64,000 nt of DNA from Bacillales bacterium UBA1188 (GTDB lineage: Bacteria; Bacillota_I; Bacilli_A; Izemoplasmatales; UBA1188): the NCBI GenBank assembly GCA_002310135.1, contig DBYK01000001.1, positions 367,949-431,948 on the forward strand, in the 5' to 3' direction. Below the pieces are notes generated by a model. That model was not told the DNA's origin, searched no databases, and worked only from the letters and a program-made list of their open reading frames with translations. Shown piece by piece: positions 8,101 to 16,622 of the stretch. The translations under genes were made by a program, and so were the position numbers. Positions within the stretch are counted from its first letter, which is position 1. Every line of letters begins with the position of its first letter.

Positions 8101-10965
8101 TTATTTAATTCTCTTTTTAATTGTGAAAATATTTTTATCGTTTGTGAATTCATAGTGGACGCTATCCATTGACTTTTTAACCATATAAATACCTAAACCA
8201 CCAATAGATCTTTCTTCAGAAGATAATGTAATATCTGGATTATCTTTGGATAGAGGATTGAATGGAATGCCTGAATCAATGAATCTGATTGTGGCAATAT
8301 CATCTTTAATTAATATTCCGATAGTGGCATTCCCGGTTGAATCTATATAAGCATAATGAGCAATATTTATGAATATCTCTTCAATCGCTATAGATATTTG
8401 ATTAATAGCTTTCATAGATGCTTCTTTCTTTTCAAGTTCACCTATAATGAAGTTTGTGACATTTGCTAGTTCAGAATCTTGAGCTTTAAATGTTCTTTCA
8501 ATCATTGGATTTGAATCTCCATAATAACTTATCATTAACATTGTAATATCATCGAATTGTTCAGCTTCACCTTTGAATTTGTCGATATCAACTTTGATTC
8601 CTTTTAAGACTTCTTCCATTGATTCTTCTTTATGTTCATTTAAATAATTTATTAATCGAGGTTCTCCATATAATTCTTTATCTATATTGTTTGCTTCAGT
8701 AACGCCATCAGTATAAAGATAAATCTTATCGCCTGGATTTAAATCTAATTCTTGTGGTTTATAAATGAAACCATCTATACCACCTAATACTAAACCAGAT
8801 TTAGATTTGATATATTCAAAACCTTTATCTTTTCTATAGATGAGTGGTGGGTTATGGCCTGCATTCGCAAATGTGACATGTCCATTTGTGTAATCTAATA
8901 TACCCATCCAACATGTGACAAACATACCTGCATCATTATTACTGCACAGTTTGTTGTTCGCATCACTTAAAACTACATCTACTGGCTTTCCAGATTCAGC
9001 CATATTCTTAAGTAATGTTTTAGCTGTCATCATGAAGAGGGCTGCGGGTATACCTTTACCTGAAACATCCGCAACTAGGAATGCGACTTCGTGATCACTT
9101 ACCATATAGAAATCGTAGAAATCACCTCCAACTTCTTTTGCGGTATCCATAGTTGCATAAATATCAAAATATTTTAAAGCAGGGAATGGCGGGAATACTG
9201 ATGGTAAAGATGAGTGCTGGATGTTTTTCGCAAACGCTAATTCGTTGTCTATTCTTTGCGATTCTAGTTCTATATAATGTTTTAGAGTTGAAACTGTAGA
9301 GTTAATGTCATCTGATAGAGATGAAAATTCATCACTAGTATAAACATTCACTCTAGTATCTAAATTACCGCCTATAATTTTAGATAAACTATCATTAACT
9401 TCTCTTATGTTGTTCACTACATATTTTTTAATTAGGAAGTAGATGTGGAAGAAGAATATCGCAAACACTATTACTTCCATGAAAGAATTAACATATAATT
9501 GAGCATCTCTAGTCGAATAAGCTTCTTCTTCAGATAAAACACCAATAACTAAAAAATCAGTGAGTTTTTTATACATTACGAATACTTTTTCTTTATCTAT
9601 CGTCTTTCTTACTACTGACATTTCATCATTTTGATTTATTAATGATTCAACTGTTTCAGCTAAAGCGCTATCACTAGAAATGGGTTTATCGTTATTTTGA
9701 ATATCTTGGTTGTGCTTGTTTAAAATGATGTAGTAACCAGTACTTCCAATACGTCTTGATTCAGTATATTTAATTACTGTTTCTTCTATACTTTCTTCAT
9801 ATTTATCTTTATCATAACCAACTTGAATAAATTCAGTGTCGTTTAATTTAACAGCTGCATATTTCCTATATGTAGTTGAATCATATCCAATAGGCCCAAA
9901 TTCTTGAACCATTTCAAGCGTGTTTTGAGTATCTATTAAAACCATGAATGCATTAGACTGTTCAGAGCTACGCATATTAAAGCCTATATCAACATATTCT
10001 TGGTTAGTGCTCTTAATTATTAATCCAGTGCTATCCACAACATTTATTTCACTGATTTCAAACTCATTCATTAATGAAACTAAATCTATATCATTGTTGA
10101 ATCTGTATCTATTGACTATTTCATGGCTTTTCATAAGAAGAGATTCATTTAATAAATCTTCATCAGAATTCTTAATGATCTCAAAAGATACATCGTTGAT
10201 GTTTTGTTCTAAAAGATTGTTTGCTTGACTTAAAGCGGTCGATGTTTGAAGTTGATATACAAATAAAGTGGTTGCAAGATATGTTAGAACAATTGAAACT
10301 AATAACCAGTTTTGAACCTGTTGTGATATCTTTCTGTTTCTTGGCTCTCCGTTTCTTATCTTAAATGATACGAAAGAAACAAGAATAACAGATAACATTA
10401 CAGATATAGAATTAACTAACACCATTGGTATAGTACATATCTCAACTATTCTTATGGCTTCCAAAGGTTCATTTAAATGAGTGATGAAAATTAGTGTCAT
10501 ATGGACAGTCTCCATTACAACACCAGTCACAAGAGCTAAAGCCCATGTTGGACGTTTGTTATCAAACATAAATTTTCTTAAGAATGCAGCATAAAGACCT
10601 GCAAGAATAGTCGATATCGAGCATGCTACTTGAGAATACGCAAGTCCAGGTTTCCAGATGACCGCAAGAAATCTTTCAATTCCACCAATTAAACCTGAAA
10701 CAATTCCAGCATATGGGCCGAATATTAGGCCTGCGCAAAGTGGTGCTGCATCTCTTGCATTAGCGGTTGCCCCACCAATTTCTACACCAAATTCAGTGCC
10801 TACTATAGCAGCAAGTCCAAATACCACACCTATTATTATTTCTTGTCTTATTCTTGGTATATCATTGAAACTAGTTCTTTTCTTTAATATATGAAAAACT
10901 CCCGATAAAGTTATCGGAATTAAAGCACAAAGTGATAATTTTAAAATGATGTCGAAATCAAACAT
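8101..10965 (-). CDS. membrane sensor with PP2C/SpoIIE phosphatase and RsbW/SpoIIAB-type serine-kinase (HATPase) domains in one polypeptide
   Basis: Start moved to ATG 10965, because the track's TTG start lies inside the GGAGG RBS. Domain order:
- N-terminal multi-TM 5TMR-LYT-like region (ARDAAPLCAGLIFGPYAGIVSGLIGG)
- TM, ~250-aa extracytoplasmic region, TM
- HAMP-like segment
- PP2C motifs GGDFYDF, DVSGKG, TDGVTEA, DDITML
- C-terminal GGLGIYMVKKSMD ATP-lid. Confidence 0.8.
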   Translation of the reverse strand: MFDFDIILKLSLCALIPITLSGVFHILKKRTSFNDIPRIRQEIIIGVVFGLAAIVGTEFGVEIGGATANARDAAPLCAGLIFGPYAGIVSGLIGGIERFLAVIWKPGLAYSQVACSISTILAGLYAAFLRKFMFDNKRPTWALALVTGVVMETVHMTLIFITHLNEPLEAIRIVEICTIPMVLVNSISVMLSVILVSFVSFKIRNGEPRNRKISQQVQNWLLVSIVLTYLATTLFVYQLQTSTALSQANNLLEQNINDVSFEIIKNSDEDLLNESLLMKSHEIVNRYRFNNDIDLVSLMNEFEISEINVVDSTGLIIKSTNQEYVDIGFNMRSSEQSNAFMVLIDTQNTLEMVQEFGPIGYDSTTYRKYAAVKLNDTEFIQVGYDKDKYEESIEETVIKYTESRRIGSTGYYIILNKHNQDIQNNDKPISSDSALAETVESLINQNDEMSVVRKTIDKEKVFVMYKKLTDFLVIGVLSEEEAYSTRDAQLYVNSFMEVIVFAIFFFHIYFLIKKYVVNNIREVNDSLSKIIGGNLDTRVNVYTSDEFSSLSDDINSTVSTLKHYIELESQRIDNELAFAKNIQHSSLPSVFPPFPALKYFDIYATMDTAKEVGGDFYDFYMVSDHEVAFLVADVSGKGIPAALFMMTAKTLLKNMAESGKPVDVVLSDANNKLCSNNDAGMFVTCWMGILDYTNGHVTFANAGHNPPLIYRKDKGFEYIKSKSGLVLGGIDGFIYKPQELDLNPGDKIYLYTDGVTEANNIDKELYGEPRLINYLNEHKEESMEEVLKGIKVDIDKFKGEAEQFDDITMLMISYYGDSNPMIERTFKAQDSELANVTNFIIGELEKKEASMKAINQISIAIEEIFINIAHYAYIDSTGNATIGILIKDDIATIRFIDSGIPFNPLSKDNPDITLSSEERSIGGLGIYMVKKSMDSVHYEFTNDKNIFTIKKRIK

Positions 10966-10994
10966 TATAGTAGCCTCCAATTAGCAAGAATAGT

Positions 10995-11291
10995 TTATTC
11001 AATATCTATAATGTCTGAAAAACCAGTCATTTCAAATATATCTTTTATATCATCACATGCATTTATTATTTTCATGTGTCCAATTTTATTCATCTTTTTT
11101 TGAGATAGAAGCATTACACGTAATCCTGCTGAAGAGATGTATTCAAGATTCGAAAAATCAAAAACTAAATCAATAATTGAATCACCAAATTCATTCAATT
11201 TTTCTTCTAATTCTGGAGCCGTAACGGTATCTAATCTTCCCTCTAAAGCAACTACTGCTTTTCCTTCTTCTGTCAAAATGTTAATAGTCAT
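10995..11291 (-). CDS. STAS-domain anti-sigma-factor-antagonist-like protein (RsbV/SpoIIAA family)
   Basis: 98 aa. NLEYISSAGLRVML phospho-Ser motif and MTGF motif. First gene of the operon. Confidence 0.85.
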   Translation of the reverse strand: MTINILTEEGKAVVALEGRLDTVTAPELEEKLNEFGDSIIDLVFDFSNLEYISSAGLRVMLLSQKKMNKIGHMKIINACDDIKDIFEMTGFSDIIDIE

Positions 11292-11445
11292 ATAAATACC
11301 TCAAATATTGTCTTTTATGTAATTTATGATAACATAAATTAAAATTAAAAGATAGAATAATTATTTAACTAATTACTGCTTCTATATATATTACATAAAC
11401 AACATATCAATCATTAATAATTTCAGCATTTATGCCTATATAAAG

Positions 11446-11468
11446 AAAAAAACCACCATTTCTGATGG
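11446..11468 (-). terminator. rho-independent terminator closing island 1 transcription
   Basis: Minus strand reads GCCATCA-gaaa-TGGTGG followed by TTTTTTT. Confidence 0.55.
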
Positions 11469-11551
11469 CTTTAATAATTAAATACCAAAAACTAAAGCGT
11501 TCTTTATAACTTAATAGTTTTACCAACTAGTATCAATGTATGAATACATTA

Positions 11552-11767
11552 TTAATAGGCTTGGACATTTGTTAATACTTTTAACATATTCTTTATTTTC
11601 TTTTTTAAGCATATATCTAAGGCGTCTTCAAATGTATATCCAGCATATATTTTATCCATTCCGCCTGAGCCATTTATTGCTGATTTATATTTAACAAATT
11701 CATCAAGAAAACTAATTAATTCATTTTTTCTATTTAAAGAAGGCCTCTCATAGTGAAATTTTACCAT
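11552..11767 (-). pseudogene. possible 5' remnant of a COG3981-type GNAT acetyltransferase (71 codons)
   Basis: MVKFHYERPSLNRKNELISFLDEFVKYKSAINGSGGMDKI... resembles the N-terminus of ~175-aa acetyltransferases as I recall them. It terminates early and sits at the island edge. Confidence 0.3.
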
Positions 11768-11768
11768 T

Positions 11769-12623
11769 TTATTCAACTCCCAAATATTCAAGCGAGCTAA
11801 TAAACATTTCTTTATTTATATTATCAATATTGTAATCGGTATTAACGAAAGGAATTATATCTGACTTTAAAGAATTAAAATCTGTTTGTTCAAACCTTTC
11901 TTTTAATAGCTCTTTAATATCATCAATAGTATAATCTGATGTATCTTTATTTAAAGAATACTTTAATTTGTTTTTTAAATAATCCAAATTAATTTTTATA
12001 TTGTGAGAGACATAAAACATATAGTCATAATAATCTCTTCCTTTAGTTCTTTCTCTCCAGTTTCTTGTTATTAATGCATTTAATTTGCTTGCAAATAATG
12101 ATTCATAATTAAAACAATATATATTAGAAAACATTGGGGAATTAAGTAATTTCATTTCATATTTAGCTCCAGGTATAAATACAGTACTAACTTCAATTTT
12201 GATTGAAAGTAGTTTTTCTTTGTTCATATTAATTTTGCCAAAAAATTCACTAGCAATATCATAATGAGATATTTTTATATATCTTCTTCTAACTTCACCA
12301 CTATCATAATCTGATTTTGAATATACTATAGATTTTAAACCATATGATTCAAGTACAGTTATACATTTAGACATGTATTGATCAAAATCTAATTTATAGT
12401 CTTCACTTATTACTTGAAAATCTAAATCTTCACTAAATCTATCTAATCCATGAAAAATTCTTAAGCATGTGCCACCATAAAAGGCGACATTTTTAAAAAA
12501 TGATGTTTGAGCTAATGCATACAATATTATTTTTTGGGATATTTCTCTAAATGCATTTTCAAATTCATATATATTTTTAGGATTACTTAATTTTAAAGAT
12601 TCTAAAATATAATTATTAAACAT
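11769..12623 (-). CDS. abiEii: AbiEii/AbiGii-family nucleotidyltransferase toxin (type IV TA, DUF1814)
   Basis: 284 aa with GGTCLRIFHGLDRFSEDLDF, the family motif. Overlaps the upstream antitoxin gene by 8 nt. Confidence 0.8.
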   Translation of the reverse strand: MFNNYILESLKLSNPKNIYEFENAFREISQKIILYALAQTSFFKNVAFYGGTCLRIFHGLDRFSEDLDFQVISEDYKLDFDQYMSKCITVLESYGLKSIVYSKSDYDSGEVRRRYIKISHYDIASEFFGKINMNKEKLLSIKIEVSTVFIPGAKYEMKLLNSPMFSNIYCFNYESLFASKLNALITRNWRERTKGRDYYDYMFYVSHNIKINLDYLKNKLKYSLNKDTSDYTIDDIKELLKERFEQTDFNSLKSDIIPFVNTDYNIDNINKEMFISSLEYLGVE

Positions 12624-13203
12624 GCTTTGCCTCCAAATATTTTTTTAAAATTTTTAATGTCTTTGATGAATATAACTCACACAATTTAATAATTTTATCC
12701 TTATCTAGTTCATCAAATAATACCTCATCAATTCTTAAATCATCAAACAACAAATCCGTTAATTCTTTCTTATTGTTCCTTGGTGATATTACTGACAATA
12801 AATCAAGCAATGCTTTTTCCTTAGATGCCATCATAACCTTAACACCATCAATTTCAATTTGATTAATATCATATGGATAAGCATTTAAATTAACATCCTG
12901 ATATAAGAATAATCCGAAATTATTTTTATATTCCTTCTTCTTATTTTTTTTAAATGTAGCAGATTTTATAGCATATACTCTTTCAGGTATCATTCCATAA
13001 TAGGCTAAGGCTGTTTCAAAGGAAATATATGATGGTGATAATAAAACATTAGCAATTGTTAAAGGATCTGCATTCTTATTTGTTTCATATAATCCTCTTT
13101 TTAGTTTAATAAGATTATTATTTTTTTCCTCATATGCAATTTTGTTATAAATATTTGAATAATTTCTATATTCATATATTAACATGTCAATAGTCTTAAT
13201 CAT
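12616..13203 (-). CDS. abiEi: AbiEi-family antitoxin / transcriptional regulator
   Basis: Trimmed to ATG 13203 behind AGGAGG. LIKLKRGLYETN-type N-terminal wHTH pattern. Paired with AbiEii. Confidence 0.75.
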   Translation of the reverse strand: MIKTIDMLIYEYRNYSNIYNKIAYEEKNNNLIKLKRGLYETNKNADPLTIANVLLSPSYISFETALAYYGMIPERVYAIKSATFKKNKKKEYKNNFGLFLYQDVNLNAYPYDINQIEIDGVKVMMASKEKALLDLLSVISPRNNKKELTDLLFDDLRIDEVLFDELDKDKIIKLCELYSSKTLKILKKYLEAKHV

Positions 13204-13225
13204 ATTATTTCCTCCTGTTACTACT

Positions 13226-13254
13226 ATTATACAGTAGTTATTGGTGGAAATCAA
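13226..13254 (-). promoter_or_regulatory. abiE promoter (TTGATT-17-TATAAT) with inverted repeat ACTACT-N7-AGTAGT across the -10
   Basis: Minus strand reads TTGATTtccaccaataactactgTATAATagtagtaacAGGAGGaaataatATG. Confidence 0.6.
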
Positions 13255-13262
13255 GCATATTG

Positions 13263-13299
13263 TTAAAAAATAAAAAACTGACACTTTATTGTATCAGTT
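13263..13299 (-). terminator. strong rho-independent terminator insulating the abiE module
   Basis: Minus strand reads AACTGATAC-aataaa-GTGTCAGTT then TTTTTTATTTTTT. A homologous copy lies at 32545-32582. Confidence 0.7.
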
Positions 13300-13490
13300 T
13301 TATTGTTTAAATATGTCTTTATGCAACTCGTTATAATTGCTAAAAAGTGGAAATGATACTCGTTATACTTACATTTTCCTGCTAAAAAGTGGAAACTAGA
13401 GGAAAATTCGTAATCAAGATTTTTTTCGAGAAAAAATAATTATTTAAAGTAATAAGTGTTAAATAATAATTTGATGTAAAATGATATATT

Positions 13491-13531
13491 TTTAGCAAAA
13501 GAAAACACCTTTGATGTAATCGCGGGTGTTT
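13491..13531 (-). terminator. terminator of the MTase/nuclease operon
   Basis: AAACACC-N15-GGTGTTT hairpin 20 nt after the stop, followed on the minus strand by TTTTCTTTTG. Confidence 0.6.
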
Positions 13532-13550
13532 TAAATTCGTAAAGATTTTA

Positions 13551-15119
13551 CTAATTTTTAATAAGAACTCTTCCCAATGGTAACGTTGATTGAATCAAAC
13601 GAGCTATATCAGCCTTTCTAGCATTAATATAAGTTTCTTGTTCATTTTCAAATCTGTTAAAATCAACTGTGTTCATTGATGTTTGAAGTAAAATATCTCT
13701 TGAGATAATCGCATTATATTTTGCAACTTTATGAGTAATATATTGATTTTGAATACTCTTGTTAACTTGTTCACACAACAATATATAATTTCCTATATTA
13801 TCAATTAATTCTTTTTGCAATTCACGATGAGACGGCCATCCATTCCCAGCCCATTCAGAATCTGGATTCTGTGGATAAATATGTTCCAGATTAATAGTAT
13901 TAACATTAACAGTACCTGAAATATTTCGACAGATTACATCTATTATTAGCAATGCTTTTTTTAACCCTCTTGGAGTTGTAATCGCACCCAATTTATCAGT
14001 AAAATCATTTATATTAATTTGCCAAGTAACAACATCAGAATTTATTTTATTAATTAATGAGGAATTAATATCGTCTGGAGTTTTTCCTGTTTTAACAGCA
14101 TCTACAACATCATTTAATAAATATCTAAATGTTGTAGGGCTTCCGCCATTTAGAGTTAATACAATACTCATCATACATAATGGAACCATGACTTTAAGCA
14201 TATAGTCATGATTTGTATTTATATCAATATGCTTCATCGCTAATATATTTAACACATCTAAAAGAGTATTTCTATTAATATAGTTCACAACATATTTTAT
14301 TGGACTATTACCTATAGTATTTAACAGTGCAATTGTATCAACAAAATCTTGATATGTATTTCTGTCTTTTGTTACATTTTCTCTTAAGAATGTAATAATT
14401 TCCATGTTATCGAAATTCTTATCAAAATTGCTTGATTTTAATTTGTAATAACTAATAATAGATTGTCTAACTTCTTTCATTTTAGATGTATCAAATCTTA
14501 TTCCATATGCCAATGAATATTGATCTAATGCAGTTTTTATAACTTCATCTTTTGATAGTGGTTTACCCCCAGTATTGATTTGTTGAAATATATTAAATGC
14601 ATCATCAGCATTACTACATTTTTTCATATAAACATAAATATTATTTTTAATAATTTTTATAAAGTCATTAATTCTATCTATGTTATCACGAATAAAACTA
14701 TAAAAATCTAAATATACCTTTTTAAAAGGTGCTGTTGCATAGTTCGTGAAATGAGTTTCATACTTTTGTTGATTAGCAAAAACATCATATTTTATATCAA
14801 ATAAATCTATGTCGTCAATCACTAATCCATCTTCTGATGCAATAGTCTTAATAACTTTTATCAAATTATTCAAAGTTACTAATCTTTGCTGACCATCTGC
14901 AAACTTAATTCTTCCATCTTCTTCATAATAAATAAAATCTAAAAAATACAATTGTGATTGTTGATTATCTATTACCTTCAATAAATCTTCTTTTAATTGA
15001 ACTATTTCTTTTTCCTTCCAATCATAAAATCTTTGAAAAATAGGTATACCAATTTTTTTATTTTGCCAATCATATAATTTAATGTACTCAGAAGTAATAT
15101 CATTACTATTTATTAACAT
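13551..15119 (-). CDS. DUF262 + DUF1524 protein (GmrSD/SspE/BrxU-type nuclease architecture)
   Basis: N-terminal IPIFQRFYDW, ADGQQRLVTL and FQQINTGGKPLS. C-terminal His-Me finger LEHIYPQ ... NIGNYILLCEQVNKSIQN. Confidence 0.85.
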   Translation of the reverse strand: MLINSNDITSEYIKLYDWQNKKIGIPIFQRFYDWKEKEIVQLKEDLLKVIDNQQSQLYFLDFIYYEEDGRIKFADGQQRLVTLNNLIKVIKTIASEDGLVIDDIDLFDIKYDVFANQQKYETHFTNYATAPFKKVYLDFYSFIRDNIDRINDFIKIIKNNIYVYMKKCSNADDAFNIFQQINTGGKPLSKDEVIKTALDQYSLAYGIRFDTSKMKEVRQSIISYYKLKSSNFDKNFDNMEIITFLRENVTKDRNTYQDFVDTIALLNTIGNSPIKYVVNYINRNTLLDVLNILAMKHIDINTNHDYMLKVMVPLCMMSIVLTLNGGSPTTFRYLLNDVVDAVKTGKTPDDINSSLINKINSDVVTWQININDFTDKLGAITTPRGLKKALLIIDVICRNISGTVNVNTINLEHIYPQNPDSEWAGNGWPSHRELQKELIDNIGNYILLCEQVNKSIQNQYITHKVAKYNAIISRDILLQTSMNTVDFNRFENEQETYINARKADIARLIQSTLPLGRVLIKN

Positions 15120-15133
15120 ATTTTTTCACCCCA

Positions 15134-15511
15134 CTATGCCTTTTGGTAGACGATTCTTTCGCCTTTCTTTAATTCATTAATTTCTTTATATGCATAAATT
15201 CCATCTTGATTAGCTAGACCATCTGGATGAAATGCATTACTACTAAACAAATTACGAATTATAACTCTAAATCGTTCTTGGTTATTTGATGGTAATATTT
15301 CTTGAAAATAAAGTGGAATATTATCTAAATTATCACAAACAATATCATAATAAAGAGGTATAATTGTATCACTATCTATTGGACCATTATATTCAACAAT
15401 TTCTTGTACAGCAATTTCTCTTAAAATAACCCAAAAAGCATCGTGACCAACCTTTTTTGTTGATGCATATTTAAGTCTATGTATTTCTCTTTTTAATACG
15501 TCACCTAACAT
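15134..15511 (-). CDS. hypothetical 125-aa protein, translationally coupled between MTase and nuclease
   Basis: The ATG is 1 nt after the MTase stop, with RBS AGAGGTGA inside the MTase 3' end. I recognise no motif. Confidence 0.6.
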   Translation of the reverse strand: MLGDVLKREIHRLKYASTKKVGHDAFWVILREIAVQEIVEYNGPIDSDTIIPLYYDIVCDNLDNIPLYFQEILPSNNQERFRVIIRNLFSSNAFHPDGLANQDGIYAYKEINELKKGERIVYQKA

Positions 15512-15512
15512 T

Positions 15513-16622
15513 TCAGTTCACCTCTTTCTTTAACAAGAATAAATATTCTTTTACATGTATATCTCTATCTCTTAAGTTTCGACATCCTCTAAATACATTG
15601 TATTTTTTATCAAAAGCTCTTACTTCACCTAGTTGTTCCAACATTTCAACCATTTCTTCATATGATATAAAGCCTTCAGAATTATATGAAATCAAAATAT
15701 ATGTTGCATTTATATCATTGCAAAGCTGTCTCATTGATTCTAACGCCTCGTTTTTTTTGTTATATGTTGATTTATTCCAACCAACTGGAATACCAGAAAC
15801 GGAAGATACATTGTCAGGCTCTTTATAGTTATTTATTAAGTTCAACATAAAGTAATTTGATCCATAAGGGTGTTGGTTATATGGTGGGTCTAAATATGCT
15901 AAATCGACATGTGGCAACTGTTTACATATAACGTTTGAATCGCCTTGAAAAACATGAACATTACAATTGTTTTGACTTAGTATTGGCATTTTCAGTTCTA
16001 TATTTGCAAGAATTCTTTGCAAAGCATTTTTTCCATCGCCACCAAATTGTCCTATATGTGTTTTGGAATTTTTATAGAAGCCTTTAAATACTCCTGAGGT
16101 GTTGTTTTTGGTTGAAGCTTCATATAAAAGAGGACCTAAGAGTAAAGTCTTATAAGGTTCAGGAACTTCTTCAATATATTTTCGAGCAGTATCTAGATAA
16201 TTTGCATTTCTTGTTGTATAAAACACTCTTTCTCCAGGTTGTATATTTTTATCATCCTTTGGTGCATACAATCTAGAAATGAATCCATTTGTTTCTAAAG
16301 GATTATTTTTTAACTTATCAGTTATATCATCAAACCACTTTTTTAACTCGTTTAAATTAATATCACTTTCATTTGCTAAATAGCACCTATTTATCGTATT
16401 ACAATAATCCTCTAAGTCATTAGTATATAAGTTCTTTGAATACTGCTTTAAAAATCTAGAAACAATCCCTGATCCTGCAAAAACATCAAAAGTATCTATT
16501 TTGTCTACATTTAATTCATCGATGACAAGTTTAATTGCACTATCAATAAAATCTAAAAGAGATCTTTTATTTCCTAAATATGTAATTATTTGTTCTGTCA
16601 AATATACATTTCTTTCGGTCAT
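15513..16622 (-). CDS. N6-adenine DNA methyltransferase, D12 (Dam/M.FokI-like) class
   Basis: YLGNKRSLL, DVFAGSG (motif I), YLDPPYN (motif IV) and ILISYNSEG. These are collinear with M.FokI domain motifs as I recall them. Confidence 0.85.
   Translation of the reverse strand: MTERNVYLTEQIITYLGNKRSLLDFIDSAIKLVIDELNVDKIDTFDVFAGSGIVSRFLKQYSKNLYTNDLEDYCNTINRCYLANESDINLNELKKWFDDITDKLKNNPLETNGFISRLYAPKDDKNIQPGERVFYTTRNANYLDTARKYIEEVPEPYKTLLLGPLLYEASTKNNTSGVFKGFYKNSKTHIGQFGGDGKNALQRILANIELKMPILSQNNCNVHVFQGDSNVICKQLPHVDLAYLDPPYNQHPYGSNYFMLNLINNYKEPDNVSSVSGIPVGWNKSTYNKKNEALESMRQLCNDINATYILISYNSEGFISYEEMVEMLEQLGEVRAFDKKYNVFRGCRNLRDRDIHVKEYLFLLKKEVN

Noticed and set aside
11292-11551. A direct repeat of the tRNA(CUC) 3' end that would mark attL/attR of island 1.
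   Set aside because: Visual scan found no copy of tggtagctcagacgggtttcgaaccc or fragments longer than 10 nt. The boundary therefore stays approximate.
12616-13284. Extended N-termini offered by the track for abiEi. Similar cases: 1886-2563, 2597-3496, 22894-23676, 26929-27831, 29464-29886, 29957-30454, 30859-32154, 34234-34470, 53189-53656, 57245-57538 and 57716-58165.
   Set aside because: Downstream ATG codons have proper Shine-Dalgarno sequences and match family N-termini. The upstream extensions run through promoters, terminators or neighbouring genes.
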